A stretch of 64,000 nt of DNA from Prorocentrum cordatum (Eukaryota), in contig CAUYUJ010000001.1 of the NCBI GenBank assembly GCA_963575745.1, forward strand, positions 2,418,001 through 2,482,000, written 5' to 3'. Numbering within the stretch: the first letter of the stretch is position 1; the number at the start of each line of letters is the position of its first letter. The translations under genes were made by a program, and so were the position numbers. Shown here one piece after another: positions 12,480-25,710 of this stretch. The notes under the pieces were generated by a model. It was not told where the DNA came from. It saw only the letters and a list, made by a program, of their open reading frames with translations, and did no database searches.

Positions 12480-15400
12480 GAAAGGCTTCCAGGTGACTCG
12501 GACCGTCGCAGTCCGCGGACAGCGATCTGGACTGGCGTGCGCGGCCCACGCGGCGCCGTGCGCATCTGTCGACGACGCCGTCGGCCACGCCACGCGAGAC
12601 CACGCAGAAGTCGAGGCGCCTGCTTGTGCCCGCAGCGGAGGCAAAGGTGCACGGGAGGGGGCTGCACTGCTGGCACCTAGCATCTGACTCCAGTTGCGAA
12701 TCTTTGGGCTTGCGGGCGCCATGCTGACATCTCCCCCGAGAATCCGCGGCCCGCGGCATCCTTGCAGGTAGCTTGCAAGGTCCTCCAGGAGTTCCAGGGC
12801 GTCTCCAGACCACTCCTTCCCGACGTAAGCATCGACCGTGGCCCGCAGGACCCCCGAATGAACAATCGCATCCACCAGCGCGGCAGAGACCCGCCCCAAA
12901 GTTGACGTCCTCAACCCCGTGCGCTTGCGCGTCATTTCCTTGCTGCTGACGTGGGTTATCGCCGTCGACGCTGGTCTCCAAATCGTGCTCCCCCGTGGGA
13001 TCTGCCTCGCAGAAGCTGGCGCGGAACCTGCACTGAATGGGCCCATTTTGAAGACTTCTCGATCGAGATTCTTCCCAAGCGACTTCCATGGCCCCCCCCC
13101 CCGAGCTCTGGCCTTGCAGAGGTCCCCGTGGCAGCTGCCGCTCACGCGCGCCCTGGGAACTGCTTCGAGCGTTCGGGTTGATCGCGATGAAACGCTAGTT
13201 AGTCGGTGAAGGCCAGCGTGGGATCTGTTCTTCTGAGCTAGAAAGATTGCCATCCACAGCGTTGCCTTGAGACCCCTGCCGGCTGCCGGTTGCAGCAGCG
13301 GGCCTCGATCTGGGCGCGGGCCTCGGCGAAGGCGACGCAGAAGTACTGGCGCGTGAACGGGGTGCGCGCGAGACTTACGTCGTCCAGCGCTGCGTCTCGC
13401 TGGGCTCTTCGCCGTGCCTGCGCGCCTCCTCTTCGCAATCGTCTGGGCCGGCTCGCTGCCCGAGCTGGCGGAACCCGGCGAGGGCTCGGTCGGGGTCAGT
13501 GGCTAACTGTCGCCTGGCCCCGATGAGACTTTTGCTCGCTCTCGGTTTGTGTCACTTCGAGACGCTGGTGGCCCGCGAGCTTCCTGGGCGCGACCGGCCG
13601 GCGAGCAGGGTCTCGCCGCGTCCGCGCGGCTATCGTGGACCTGGGCATGCTGGCGAGCCTTTGCAACTGATGCCGAGCCGACGCTGACGCGTGGATTGCC
13701 TGGATCTCGCGTCTGGCCATCTCGTCATTCTTCTGCCTCGGCCCGACAAATCCGCGACGCGGGGCGCGGCGGCCACTGCTGCTTCGCCTCCATGCGCCAT
13801 CTTAGATTTCATCGCCAACGACCGTCTCGTTTACTCCACCGACCACCCTCCCTCCGCTGACTCTCGCTAGGCTGTGCAGGCGAAGCTGGGGTGTTTCATG
13901 TAGCTGTAGACGTGGTTAACGCGCCACTTCATCTGGCCCCGTCTGGCTGCCGACTCATGGTGGTTGAGCGCGTCTGGGATGCGCCATGCTGCTCCGAGCG
14001 ATCCGAGGCTTACCCTGAGCCTGGCGTGGCTTCTGCGACCATGTGACCTGACTCGCCGCTCAAATTTTCCGCTGATCAGGTGCACTCGTGCGGCACTGCC
14101 ACTCCCGGGCGGTCGGCGCCCTCTGCTGAGGTTCGGCAAGCAGTGCGTGCCAGCCAGGCGGGTCCAACGAAACATTGTGACGTGACCGCTCTGTCCTGCC
14201 ACTCGTCCCCAATGACGTCTGGCTCCCTCGTGGCGCGCGACGGGTAACTGGTCCCGTTGACATCCCATCTTTCAGCGCAGTCGAACCCGGGACAGGCACT
14301 CCACGGAGTAAAGAACAACAGCGGACCCGACACGTTGCCGTCGAAGGCCCAGCATCTCCCACTACCGTGGCCCACTCGGTAGCGGCGCAGCCGCGTCCCC
14401 ACGCCCGCTCCCGTTGCTCTTGGCCAGCCTGGCCACGGCATCCGCCGCGATCGACTTCTTCCTGGGCCTGGGCGGGGTCGGCGGCCCGCGTGCTCCCACT
14501 GCGCCCTCTGCAGGGACCCGGGGGAGGCTGCTGCCGGCTCTCTGCGCTGGCGGGCTCCGGCGGCGCTGCTGGTGCGCTGGCGCCGGAGGCCGCAGCAGCC
14601 GCGGAGCTGTGTGGCTCGGCGATGCGGGGGCGGCTCGACTTGAGCCGCTCTCGCAGCTTGGCCTGCTCGTCCTTGGTGGCTGACGGCTTTCCCTTAAACT
14701 TTCCGAAGCATGCCTTGGCGGCCTCCGCTGGTGTTGGAAAACTTCGTTCCTCCATTGAGACTCAAACTTGTCCGCTTCCGTAACGACATCGACAAACTCA
14801 TCCAGTCCGAGACGTCCACCATCATCAAGGATGAACTCTTGCCCGCCCTGTAATGCCACGAGGTCGACCGTAGGCCTCCATCATGGCTAGCCGAAGATCC
14901 GTCGCCTTCGACGGTTTGTGTCAATTTCTTGACTGCTGACTGGTATGTGGCCCTCGCCACTTCCACTTCAACCGAACATGATTCCACATCTTCCCGTCCT
15001 TCCGCATGCTGCTGCTCGAACCGCTCGCACCTCTCGACCGCTTGGCGGAGGGTCGCCTCAGCTCGTTGTACCTTCTGATGGGCGTGCCCGGCTGACAGGT
15101 TGGCCTCCTGCTGCTGCCTTTTGACCTTCTCGAGCTGCTGCTTGCACTTACTGGCCGCACCCATGTCTCCTACTCCTGCCAACAGGGCTGTGAGCCGCTG
15201 CTCCTCCGTTGGGGCTTCTGGCTCACCACCCTCAGGCCGCTCATTATCTGGCGCTGTGCCGTCCTCGAAAGTGACGCTGGGGGACCTTCTCCTGACGCTG
15301 CCCACGCTGGGTCTCCCGGGGGAACTCAGCCGCCATGGCCACCACTGCGCATCAAGAGCAGGCGACGTGCCACGGCTAGCAACGCCACGATCCCTGCCCG

Positions 15401-15600
15401 TAAAAATCTTCCGAAGCGGCCCGAAGTAATTAGTGTTTGCTTGCACCATCTTCACCACGACAGGCTCTTTGAACAGTCACAGGCTGCGCACTTGAAGTAT
15501 TCTTTCGTGCTTGCGACATTGCTTGTCATTGACTGTCCCTGCTGAACACTGTGGTGGTCACGAAGGAGGTCTGCTGCCGATCCTAACCGAACGAGTGCTC
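12480..15600 (-). mobile_element. Degenerate LINE remnants (ORF1-like coiled coil 14700-15550; APE fragment 12480-13000)
   Basis: APE-like RILGGDVSM and TSRRLDFCVVS; upstream CxxC (FKCAACDC) and coiled coil KQQLEKVKRQQQE..AEATLRQAVERCERFE. May be more than one element. Confidence 0.5.
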
Positions 15601-16583
15601 CGGCCGACGCTCTGTCGCGACGGGAGTGGGCTGGCGTACGGAACCAGCCACATATGAGGTTAGGTGCTGCTGCGGGCCCCCAGGCCCACTCAAGCCCAAA
15701 CCTTGTTTCAAACTCAACCTTCTTCTCCTTCTCCTCCTCCTCCTCTTCCGCTGCCTCCCCCTGTCGCCAATCATAGATGACCTCCTTCTCCTCCTCGTCT
15801 GCCTTGTTACGTTTCCTCGCGGATGGCGAGGCAGCCGGTCTGAGGAGGAAGAGGAGAAGGTGGAGTTTGAAATCGGTGCCCGTTCAGAAGTTGGCATGGG
15901 GATGGGGAAAGCGTAGAGGAGAAGGAACAGGAGGAGTATGAGGAGGAGGAGGAGGAAGAAGACGAGGAGGAAGGAGGAACACATACAAGAACAAGGCTGC
16001 GGACAAGGAGGGGGCATGCAAGATCCGCGCCAGTTCGGACTGAGCGCTAAATTGGAGCGGGTCTTTAACTCCATCTCGTTCATGCTGCGCTGCCACGCTG
16101 GCCCCGTGGCGGATAAAAACAAGCCCGCGCCCTGCCGAGCACGTGCCGCGGCGAGCGCAAGGCGAGGGGGGAAACAAGCGGGCTGCCCGATGTGCATTAC
16201 GTGTTGAAACGGCGTGGTTGGGGAAACAGGAGCCAGCGAGTCAGTGAGGCAGACTTGCGCCCTGCAAAGCGTGCCGCGGAGGGCGAGGGGGGGAGTCCCC
16301 ACGGTTCCGCCTCCCTTCCCCGAGGCGAGGCACTCGAGCGGCGGGTGACCGACTCCCGCTCACGCGCATGTGGGGGGGGCTCCTGCCGCCCCCCGCCCCC
16401 TTGCGCCGTTGGGGGGTCTCCTCGCTGGACACCCCGCTCCCGATTCGGCCCTTCCCCTCCTCCTCCTCCTCCTCCTCCTCCTCCTCCTCCTCCTCGTCCT
16501 CCTCCTCCCGCTCCTTCTCCTCCTCCTCCTCCTCCTCCTCCTCCTCCTCCTCCCTTCCTCTCTCCCGTGGGGCGAAGACGGGC

Positions 16584-16646
16584 CTGAGGGAGAGCATGTC
16601 GCCCGCATCTAGCCGGACGTCGTACCTCTCGCGGGCCTCGTCCCAC
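16584..16646 (-). CDS. DnaJ-domain protein, exon 5
   Basis: GAG|G acceptor, CAG|GC donor; encodes (R)WDEARERYDVRLDAGDMLSL(R); phase 2 at both ends fits exons 4 and 6. Confidence 0.75.
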
Positions 16647-16851
16647 CTCGCGCTCGCGCCCGCGCATCGGGCGGGGTTGGGTCGAGATCCGGCGGATCAA
16701 CGCCGTTGAGACCGAGCAGGAGGAGCACGACGGATGCAGTAGAAGAAAACCAAAACACGTAAACATAAACTTTTGGCGCTCCGCGCGGATTTCTTGGATC
16801 CGCACCGGATCCAAGAAATCTGCTTTGTTTTTCGCAGCGCTGCCACTTTTT

Positions 16852-17965
16852 CCCAACCATCCTGTGGTGTTGGGTCCTCGTTTTGAAGAGACAGCGCCCC
16901 GCGTCCCACCTCCTCTCCTCCTCCTCCCCCTCCTCGCCCTCCTCCCTCCTCCCCCTCCTTGCCTCTGCTCTCGGCACACCTCTCACACGTTTCGTAGCCC
17001 CATAGGGAGCTCCACCGAAGGTCCCAGTGGCACAGATGCGGTTCCCCACCCAGGGCAGCGTAGGTCGCTCTATTTCCGGGAGCTCCACCGAAGGCCCAGT
17101 GGGGCCCGCATGCGGTTCCCCCACCCAGGGCAGCGTTTCGTGCCCCATAGGGAGCTCCACCGAAGGTCCCCAGTGGCACAGCCCGCATGCGGTTCCCCCA
17201 CCCAGGGCAGCGTTTCGTAGCCCCATAGGGAGCTCCACCGAAGGTCCCAGTGGCACAGCCCGCATGCGGTTCCCCCACCCAGGGCAGCGTTTCGTAGCCC
17301 CATAGGGAGCTCCACCGAAGGTCCCAGTGGCACAGCCCGCATGCGGTTCCCCCACCCAGAGCAGCGTTTCGTAGCCTATAGGGAGCTCCACCGAAGGTCC
17401 CAGTGGCACAGCCCGCATGCGGTTCCCCCACCCAGGGCACCGCTTCGTGGCCCCATAGGGAGCTCCAGTGCAGGTCCCAGTGGCGCAGCCCGCATGCGGT
17501 TCCCCCACCCAGGGCAGCGTTTCGTAGCCCCATAGTCCGCTCCACCGAAGGTCCCAGTGGCGCAGCCCGCATGTGGTTTTCCCCTGCCCAGGGCTGCGCT
17601 TCGTGGCCCCATAGGGAGCTCCACCGAAGGTCCCCGTGGCGCAGTTCGCATGCGTCCCCCCCCCAGGGCAGCGTTTCGTGGCCCCATAGGTAGCTCACCC
17701 GAAGGTCCCAGTGGCGCAGTTCGCATGCGGCTCCCCACACCCAGGGCAGCGTTTCGTGGCCCCATAGGGATCCCACCGAAGGTCCCAGTGGCGCAGTTCG
17801 CACGCGTCCCCCCCATCGTGGCCCCATAGGGAGCTCCACCGAAGGTCCCAGTGGCGCAGTTCGCATGCGTCCCTCCCACACAGTACAGCGTTTCGTGGCC
17901 CCATACGGGGCTCCCGCGAATGCGATACCGAAAGCTGCATATGGTTGGGTCCTTCGCCTGTGTAA
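16852..17965 (+). mobile_element. HINE-like element, copy C (77-bp internal array)
   Basis: TT|CCCAACCATCCTGTGGTGTTGGGTCCTCGTTTTGAAGAGAC head, (CCT)n, about 12 units, tail GCTGCATATGGTTGGGTCCTTCGCC..AA|TT. Confidence 0.8.
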
Positions 17966-18999
17966 TTCTTGTGTGGAACGGTTGGAAGGGGCGCGCTGAC
18001 CCGTTCGGGCTGGCTTTGCTCCTCCTTCTGCTCCAGATTTGCTCCTGAGCCCCACCATCATCACTGGTGGCCCGCCCTCATCCTACTCGCCACTCGTCCT
18101 TCTCTGCCTGCTACTGCTGCTGCTCTCCTGCTGCTGCTCCTACTCCTCTTCTGCTGCTGCTGATGATGCACCTCCTCCTTTGCCTCTCTCCTCTTGCTCC
18201 TCGCCGCCGCCGCCGCCGCGGAGGGTGGAGGACCAGGGCACCAGCGCCCAGATCTCCGGCAATGTGGTTCTTGCGTCGGTCCTGGCAGCTTCCCCCCCCC
18301 CTCTACTCCTCCTCCTCCTCCTCCTCCTCCTCCTCATCCTCCTCCTCCTCCTCCTGCTGCTCCTGCTGCTGCTCCTGCTGCTCCTCCCTCCTCCTGCTCC
18401 TTTCTCCTCCTCCTCCTCCTCCTCCTCCTCCTCCTCCTCCTCCTCCTCCTCCTCCTCCTCTTTCTTCCCCCCGTCCACCACATGCCCGTCGGCCAGAATC
18501 TCCAGGCGGACCTGGCCGTGGCGACGAGGGGGCTCCAGGAGGCACGGCAGACGCCCAGAGCGCGCAGAGATCTCGGACATGCCCAGAATCTGTTCGAGCC
18601 TCGGGACCCTGGACCTCCCAACCGCTTCTCTGTGAACGGTTTCTGCAATCTTTTGATGACGGCCCCGGGAACCGAAGACGGCCTCCGCCAGAGGTCGACG
18701 GGCCAGAAAAAGCATCAGCATCGGATTCGATATTTTTCGCTTCTGCAGACCCTGACATCCGACGATTTCTTTTTTAAGTCCACGGCCGCAGAGGTCCCGA
18801 CCCCTTCCCTGGTGCCAATTCTGAAGTCCTGGATCTGTTTCTGACCGTCCCGAGACCTGAAAACCGGCCCCAGAGGCCAGAATCGAGGAACACCGCCAGT
18901 TGGAAAAAACACATGTCGTCGGAGATCTGGGGAGGTCTAGGTTGATCCTCGAACCTCGAGGTCGCCTTCCGCCGCCGCCCAAGAAACCACCCGAAGCGC

Positions 19000-19076
19000 C
19001 TGCAGATCTGTGCCGACCTGCCGTTGTGCTCGGGGGCCTTGGTGAGCCCGCGGACGACCACGCTCACGCCCGGCGG
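19000..19076 (-). CDS. DnaJ-domain protein, exon 4 (first C-terminal repeat)
   Basis: Pyrimidine tract plus CAG acceptor, CAG|GC donor; encodes PPGVSVVVRGLTKAPEHNGRSAQIC(R), paralogous to exon 6. The 5' boundary could lie slightly upstream. Confidence 0.7.
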
Positions 19077-21359
19077 CTGAAGGGAGGGCGGGAAGGAAAC
19101 CACAGGAGGTCCTCCACCACTTGTCCCCAGGGGCGTCGAATAAGGGGGTTGGCGCGTCATGGCCCGGAGGATCAAGGGACGCATTGAAATAAATAGAATG
19201 GGCCACGAACTCCAGGGAGATACCATGGCCCCGGCAGGGGATACGCCCCCCCCCCCCCCCCGTAGTCGTCACGCCCCTCTTGGCCGCCCCCGACTTCCTT
19301 CGTGGATAATCCCTCCCTGTCGAACCCCAGGGCGCGTCGGTCGGGCGGGCTGGGCGTCTCGCCCGAGACACCCTCACCAGCTGTGGTGCTGAAGCTCTGA
19401 AGTCTGCCACGGCGTCAAGGATGGAAGGGTGGCGGTTCTCAGAATGGGGCCCTCGCCTTCGCGCCATGCACATCCATCTTGAGCGTGCGCAGCTGCTTGA
19501 AGGATGACCCCACGCCGCCGTCAAAGCGGAGCCCTCGCCATCACGCCGCGCACGGCCACCTCGCCACCCGAAAAAGTCTCGACGGAGGGCGGCTCTGTTT
19601 CAGACTGGGGCCCTCGGCGATGAGACCCACGCGGCCCCCTGCAAATGGGTTGACATTAGCTGCACGCGCCGCATCCGAAGGGGGTCTCGCCCCGCGACTA
19701 GTTGGCAAGGGGCCCCGCCCCTGGGGTGGCGCCTCGTCGCATCGCTGCGCGACCGGGGATTGGGCGTCGGCGGGAACCTCGCGCCGCGGTTGGCTGGTGG
19801 GTCTCGCTCCGCGGGCGATGGTGGGGCCTCGCTGCGCCACCGGGCACCACACGCACGGGCGGGGGCCACGAACGGGGAAGCTGCGTCGCATCGGCGGGGG
19901 CATCGCTGCGCGATGCGCGGCACCTCGGGGCGCTGGAGGACGGATTCCGCCGCGGTGACATCCTACACGATGCCTCGGGAAATCCTTTTGGATCCGCGGG
20001 AGATCTTCAGAACTCTGCGAGAAAATGCGGAAGACCCACGATGCCTTCACCAGGATCCCGTACGAATCCCCGAGAATTCCGGAGGGAGTCCTTGCGTGCG
20101 ACTGCTGAAGGTATCCGCCTGTGCAGGGCTATCAAATAATTCCGAAGGGGGTCCTTGCGATTACAGAAGATTCTATGGGACGCACAAGGATATACTAGTA
20201 CTATTTATCCTCCCCAGAGGGGTGCATCCGACCCAAACATCTAGTGTCACCGTATTGTAGTACATCGTTTCCCGAGTGCTACGGCCAGAAGGCGCCCACC
20301 ACGACGCATCTACTATAAGAGTTCTCGGCGCGCGCGTCGCCCCTGGGGGGGCGACGCACACATAGTAATATTATGTCGGGGTGACGCCGATTCAAAACCC
20401 CCCATGAAGGCTCTAGGGTTCCTGAGGAAGTCCTGTGGAGATCGTGAGACAACTCGGAACCTTGCAAAAAGAACTCGTTGCGATTTGTTCGAAGGAAGTT
20501 CATTTAGATTGCTTCGGATATCGTCTTGACATCTTCAGGATGAATGAGGACATTGTCCAGATCGTTTTGCGAGTCCCGATGATTCCTGAGGCAGTCTCCA
20601 GGATCAAGAATCACAATTTTTGCGCCATGTCCGCGGCGCGGGGGGGCGCTGGACAGCTTCGGCAAGGATTCGCAAAAGCCTGTTGTCTAGGTTGTACTCA
20701 TGGAGCATCCTTCCAGTGCCGCACGGGCCCGTTCGGGCAAAGGAAGGAGGGGAGATCGTCTAATCTGTGCTGCGCACAAGACGAAGGAACAGCCCGCCTA
20801 CTTGCGTCGCTTGGACGCGAACGAGTGTAGCGTCGCCCGCCCCGTCCTTCGTCCAGCGCCCCTGCTGAACGCTCCGACCAACGGTAGACGGCCACTCGTG
20901 CCTGACGTGAGTCGGACCCTGCGCCCGCTCCAGGGGAGGAGGGATATGAGATGGGAGGGGGAGGACGATGGAGGGAGGGGAAGGCGGGAGGAGGATGATG
21001 AGCAATTGGATCGGGGATGGATCGGACCCTGCTTCAGCAAAACATCTTAGTGAAACCGACCTGGGACCAGACTCGGTGGGCGCAGGCTCGCAAACAAGTG
21101 CGGTAGCACCACCCTCTCCAGAACCGAAAAAGGGCGATTCGCTAATGGCCTTGGCAAGGTGAGGGTTCGATCCCAGAGGAACCAAACCACACAAGCGTAA
21201 ACTTTGGGAGGCCCGCGTGGATGTCTTGGATCTGCGCTCAGGGGCGGCCCTGGAGGCGTCGCCAGGAGGGCCCAGTGCCGATCCAAGAAACCCGCCCGGA
21301 ACTCCATCTGTTTATGCTTATATGCATAACTTCCTCTTCGATTCGATCAGCCTCCGAGA

Positions 21360-22250
21360 GGGGGAGGCGGAGGATGAGGGGGAGGAGGAGTAGGAGGAGG
21401 AGGAGGAGAAGGAGAAGGAGGAGGACGGAGTACGGAGGAGGGGGAGGAGAAGGAGGAGGAGGACGGAGGAGGAGGAGGAGGAGGAAGGAGGAGGAGGAGG
21501 AGGAGGAGGAGGAGGAGGAGGAGGAGGAGGAGAGGAGGAGGTGGAGCAAGAGGAGGAGAAGGAGGAGGAGGAATAGCAGCAGGAGGAGGAGGAGGCACGA
21601 CCAGATCGAAACGGGTGCGCAGAGCGAGCGAAAAGGGGGGAAGCGAGATGTAGGAGGAGGAGGAGGAGGAGGCGGAGGAGGAGGAGGAGGAGGAGGAGGA
21701 GGAGGTGGAGAAAGAGGAAGAAGGAGGAGGAGCAGGACGAGGAGGGCGAGGAGGCAGGCCTTCGCGTGCGCGGCGTGGGCCGCCCGTCTTGGGCGGCCAG
21801 GCGCGCCCGCGCCCGTGTCGAACGAGAACCGCGACGGCTCCCCGCCGAGCAGCCCCCCGCCGAGACCAAAAGGGTCCTTTGCCGAAACGAGGGGAAGGAG
21901 GAGGAGGAGGAGGAGGAGGAGGAGAAGGACGGAGTACGGAGGAGGAGGAGGAGGCGGACGGAGTACGGAGTTCGGAGGAGGAGGAGGAGGAGGAGGAGGA
22001 GGAGGAGGAGGAGGAGGAGGAGGAGGAGGAGGAGGAGCAAGAAGAGGCGGAGAAAGTGGAGCAAGAGAAGGAGGAGGAGGAGGAATCTGAGAAGGAGGAG
22101 GAGGAGAAGGAGGAGGACGGAGTACGGAGGAGGGGGAGGAAGAGGAGGAGGGAGTACGGGGGCGGAGGAGGAGGAGGACGGAGGAGGACGGAGGAGGAAG
22201 AGGAGGAGAAGGAGGAATAGGAGGAGGAGGAGGAAAATGAGGAGGAGGAC
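21360..22250. repeat. (GGA)n arrays with an interspersed GACGGAGTACGG motif
   Basis: Seen directly. Confidence 0.9.
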
Positions 22251-22429
22251 CAGTGCAAACCTAAGGCGCATCCACGATGCTGCCCTCCGCCGACCCCCGA
22301 TCGCCCGGGGTGAGAAGACTTGTGAGACATTTGGCTGTCCTCCCTCCCCCTGTTGCCCCTCCCCCAAGGTCCTAAATCCAGTTCGAAGGGCGGGGGACGA
22401 GCTCGTCAACGCACCCCCGTGGCCCTTCG

Positions 22430-24290
22430 CGGTGTTGAAGTCCCAAGAATGGCGTTCTTGCGCGACAAAAGGTTGCCAAATCGCGACAAAGACGTTGATC
22501 CGTGTTGTGTTGGCGTGGTTGAGGGTTAGCAGAGGGTTTGTGTTCCATTGGTGCACTCCCCGCAGGAAACATAATTTGTAGCAGGGGCCCATGAAAAGGG
22601 AACTTGGATGGACGGTTAATTCAAGAAGCTTGCGCAATCCGCAGGCCCCCAAGGAAATATCGTAAAGACTGGTTGGAACGAACGCAGGATATGAGAAGGA
22701 CGTAGAGTGAGAGGAGAGCGAGGCGAGGAGCAGGACGGGGCCTCTCGGGAGACTCTCGGGGCATCTGGAGGGCTTTGGGCGGTTGATTGGGAGCTTTTTG
22801 GGCGTTTCTTGAGGGCCTATGCGAGGGCTCTTGGGGGCGTCTGGGGGCCTCTTGCGGACGTCTCGGGGGCTTCGGGGGGGCTCTTGGGGCCATCTTTGGG
22901 TGAAAGGCTCGAGTCTTGGTTCGTGTTCCCAGTGTTGGGCCCCGGGATCTCTTTGGTGCTTCTTGGGGCGATCTTGAGCGGCTTTTGGGCCGCCTTAGGG
23001 CACGTGACTGTTGCGTCTTCACTACCATCAAGCGCGCCAGGACATAATTCTTGGGACTTTAGCCATACGAACCTCTACCGCAGAAAACTTGTAAAACGAA
23101 TGTGCGCGGCGTTGCAGACAAAACCATATTTTGAAAAAGGAGCCGCCCTCCATCCATGAAGCTGCTTCAGAATTTTAAAGCGAACATGCGCGGCGCTAGC
23201 GCGAGACTCACATTTTGAACTCGACCCGCCCGTCACCGTGAATATGTTGCAAATGTCAAATTTCAAGATCATAAGCGGTGGGGAAGTCTCAGGCGAAACG
23301 CCTGGCCGGCCCAACCGACACGTTTGGTGGGCCATAAGGAGTAGGAGAGGTGTGAAGACGAGGCGAAGAGGTGGAGGAGGAGGGGGAGGAGGCCTCTTGA
23401 GGGCTTCGTGGGGCTTCCAATGGCCTCTTGTGGCAGTGGGCGGAGGATGAGGAGAAGCAGGAGGAAAACGAGGAAGAGGCGTATGTTGTTGGGATTACGA
23501 GGAGGAATGGTAGGAGGCTGTGGCTGTGGCTACTTGGCGGCCAATCGGCCCCCCTCGCGCTCGGCGAAAACCGGCGGTCCCGCTAGGACTGGTAGGAAGA
23601 TGAGGATGAGGAGGAGGACGAGGAAGGGTGTGCAAATATATTGAAGCGACCTCGTCCGTCTTACCTCGGCCGCGCACTGCCGCTGCAGACTCAGCGTGAT
23701 TGCAGCGCTGGAAGACAGGCGGTTCACCGCCAGAGGAGTTGACGGGCAGCGCTGAGCGCGGACGCGATTGCGTCTGGTGTCGGCGCTGCATTCAAGTTCG
23801 TGTTGCTGCTAATCTGGAGTGCAAGCGCCACCCTCTGTATCGCCCGCCGCAACGACAAGTCGCTGGCAGGGTCAGAAGGGTAGGCGGCTGCAGGGCCATG
23901 GCCGACGTAGTTAGCGTGCTGAGGAGCGGAGGCAAGTCGGGGGACCAGAGGAGGCTCACGAGGACGGGGCAAGAAAAGTAGTGGTGGAATGAATCTGGCG
24001 CGCCCGTGCAACCAAAGACGCAGGGCCTGGGCACGAGCACGTGCATGCGGTGTGTTGTGGTCCACTCGGCAGCGAGTCTTGTTTGGTGTACAGTGTACAG
24101 CGCCAGCTAGGACGGACTTCGCAGAGATCTGAGCTGAGAGCAGACCAGCGACAGGAGAGCTCTGCGGGCGGCGGCGGTTCGCGAATGTGGACCAAGACCA
24201 AGAAACGCTGGGGACTACAACTCGGACAGAGGAAAACAAAACTGGAGGCCTCGATCGAAGCAAATAAATAAAGTCCCTGCGTGGTTTCAA
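22430..24290 (-). mobile_element. 3'-terminal LINE ORF2 remnants (two pieces)
   Basis: RPCVFGCTGAPDSFHHYFSCP (C-terminal Cys/His motif) at about 23960-24030; AHVRFKILKQLHGW at about 23150-23195; interrupted by a CCAAGA-type repeat at 22700-23000. Confidence 0.5.
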
Positions 24291-25029
24291 ACCCGCGGAA
24301 TCCGATGGGGGGCCCTCAGCTGGAAAAAACGGCCCCCGCCGGCCCCGAAAGCGGGCCCCAAAGCAGGGAGGGCCCTGCGGGGTGCCTGCGGGCACCAACC
24401 AAAAACACCACCTCATCGACGTCTCGTGCTACGCTGCCACCGCGCGGGCTGAGATCGGGGGCGGGTGCGATCCTCCTTGGGCCGCTCCATCCTCCCTTTC
24501 TCCTGCTCCTCGGCGGCGGCAGCGATCCTTCCCCCCTCCCCGTCGCCCAGCCCAGTCCCCCCCGTCCCCACCACAAACCTATCCGCTCCAACTCCCGCGC
24601 GGATGTCCTGAACTACGCCTCTTCGGACGAGCTCTCGAAGCCGCGCGCTGTTCTGCAATGCAGCTGGGAGGGAAAAGGGATCGAGCGTACGGGCCCTGGG
24701 GGGAGGCGGAGCGTCGAGGGAGTGAGGACGAGGACGAGAAAGAGAAGACCCAGGGGAGGGTTCAGGAGCCTCAGAGGCCTCAGAAGTCCTGGAGCATGAA
24801 GCGGGAGGAGCAGGACCTGTGAATATGTTGAGTCTCCCGCGCTCATCATTCACGTTCGCTGCCTTCCGCTGCCCAGAGACATTGGTTGAGAGACTTCCAA
24901 AATCGCATAGTTGAGGTATTTCAAGAATGATTCATCCCGAGACTTCGGCGGCCAATCTCTCGCAGTTCCCATAGACTGAAACGGTAGCATATCAGGCCCA
25001 GAAGACTGAGGTCTAGAGTCATGAAGGTG

Positions 25030-25710
25030 TGGATGCAGATCATGGGGCTTCCCCCGCCCAGAATACGGAAATCTAGATTCACGAAGTTGCTGATCAGGAC
25101 AATCACGCGCAGCGGCAGAAACCAGATCTGAAATGACATGATCCTGTGTTTTTGACTGTTGCTGCCAATGTTCTGACTGTAGCATATCCGTGGGCTTCCC
25201 ATGCCCAGAAGACTGAAGACTAGATTCACGAAGTTGCTGGTCAGGACAATCACGCGCAGCAGCAGAAACCATATCAGAAATGACAAGGTCCTGTGTTTTT
25301 AACTGTTGATGCATGTGTACTAACTGTAGCATATCCTGGGACTTCCCCCGCCCAGAAGACTGATGTCTAGATTCGCGAACCTGCTGATCAGGACAATCAC
25401 GCGCAGCAGCAGCAACAAGACCTGAAATGACAGGATCCTGTGTTTTTGATTGTTGATGCCTATGTTCTGACTGTAGCATACCCGTGGGCTTCCCATGCCC
25501 AGAAGACTGAATAGAAGATTCACGACGTTGCTGATCAGGACAATCGCGCGCAGCAGCAGTAACCAGATCTGAAATGACAGGATCCTGTGTTTTTGCCTGT
25601 TGATGCCTATGTACTGACGGTAGCATATCCTGGGACTTCCCCCGCCCAGAAGACTGAGGTCTAGATTCACGAAGTGGCTGAACGGGTCGATCACGCGCAG
25701 CAGCAGAGTC
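25030..25710 (-). repeat. 147-bp tandem repeat (about 4.7 units) inside a 368-aa open frame
   Basis: CAGGACAATC at 25095, 25242, 25389 and 25536; the 49-aa units alternate GRGKSQD and GHGKPT types. Confidence 0.9.

Noticed and set aside
16980..17900. CRISPR-like array (conserved core plus intervening sequence), also in the other HINE-like copies
   Set aside because: Intervening segments are near-identical within a copy, not unique spacers; no cas genes; eukaryotic context.
25030..25710. 147-bp period as a nucleosome-positioning signal
   Set aside because: No linker length is included and it also equals 49 codons; likely coincidence.
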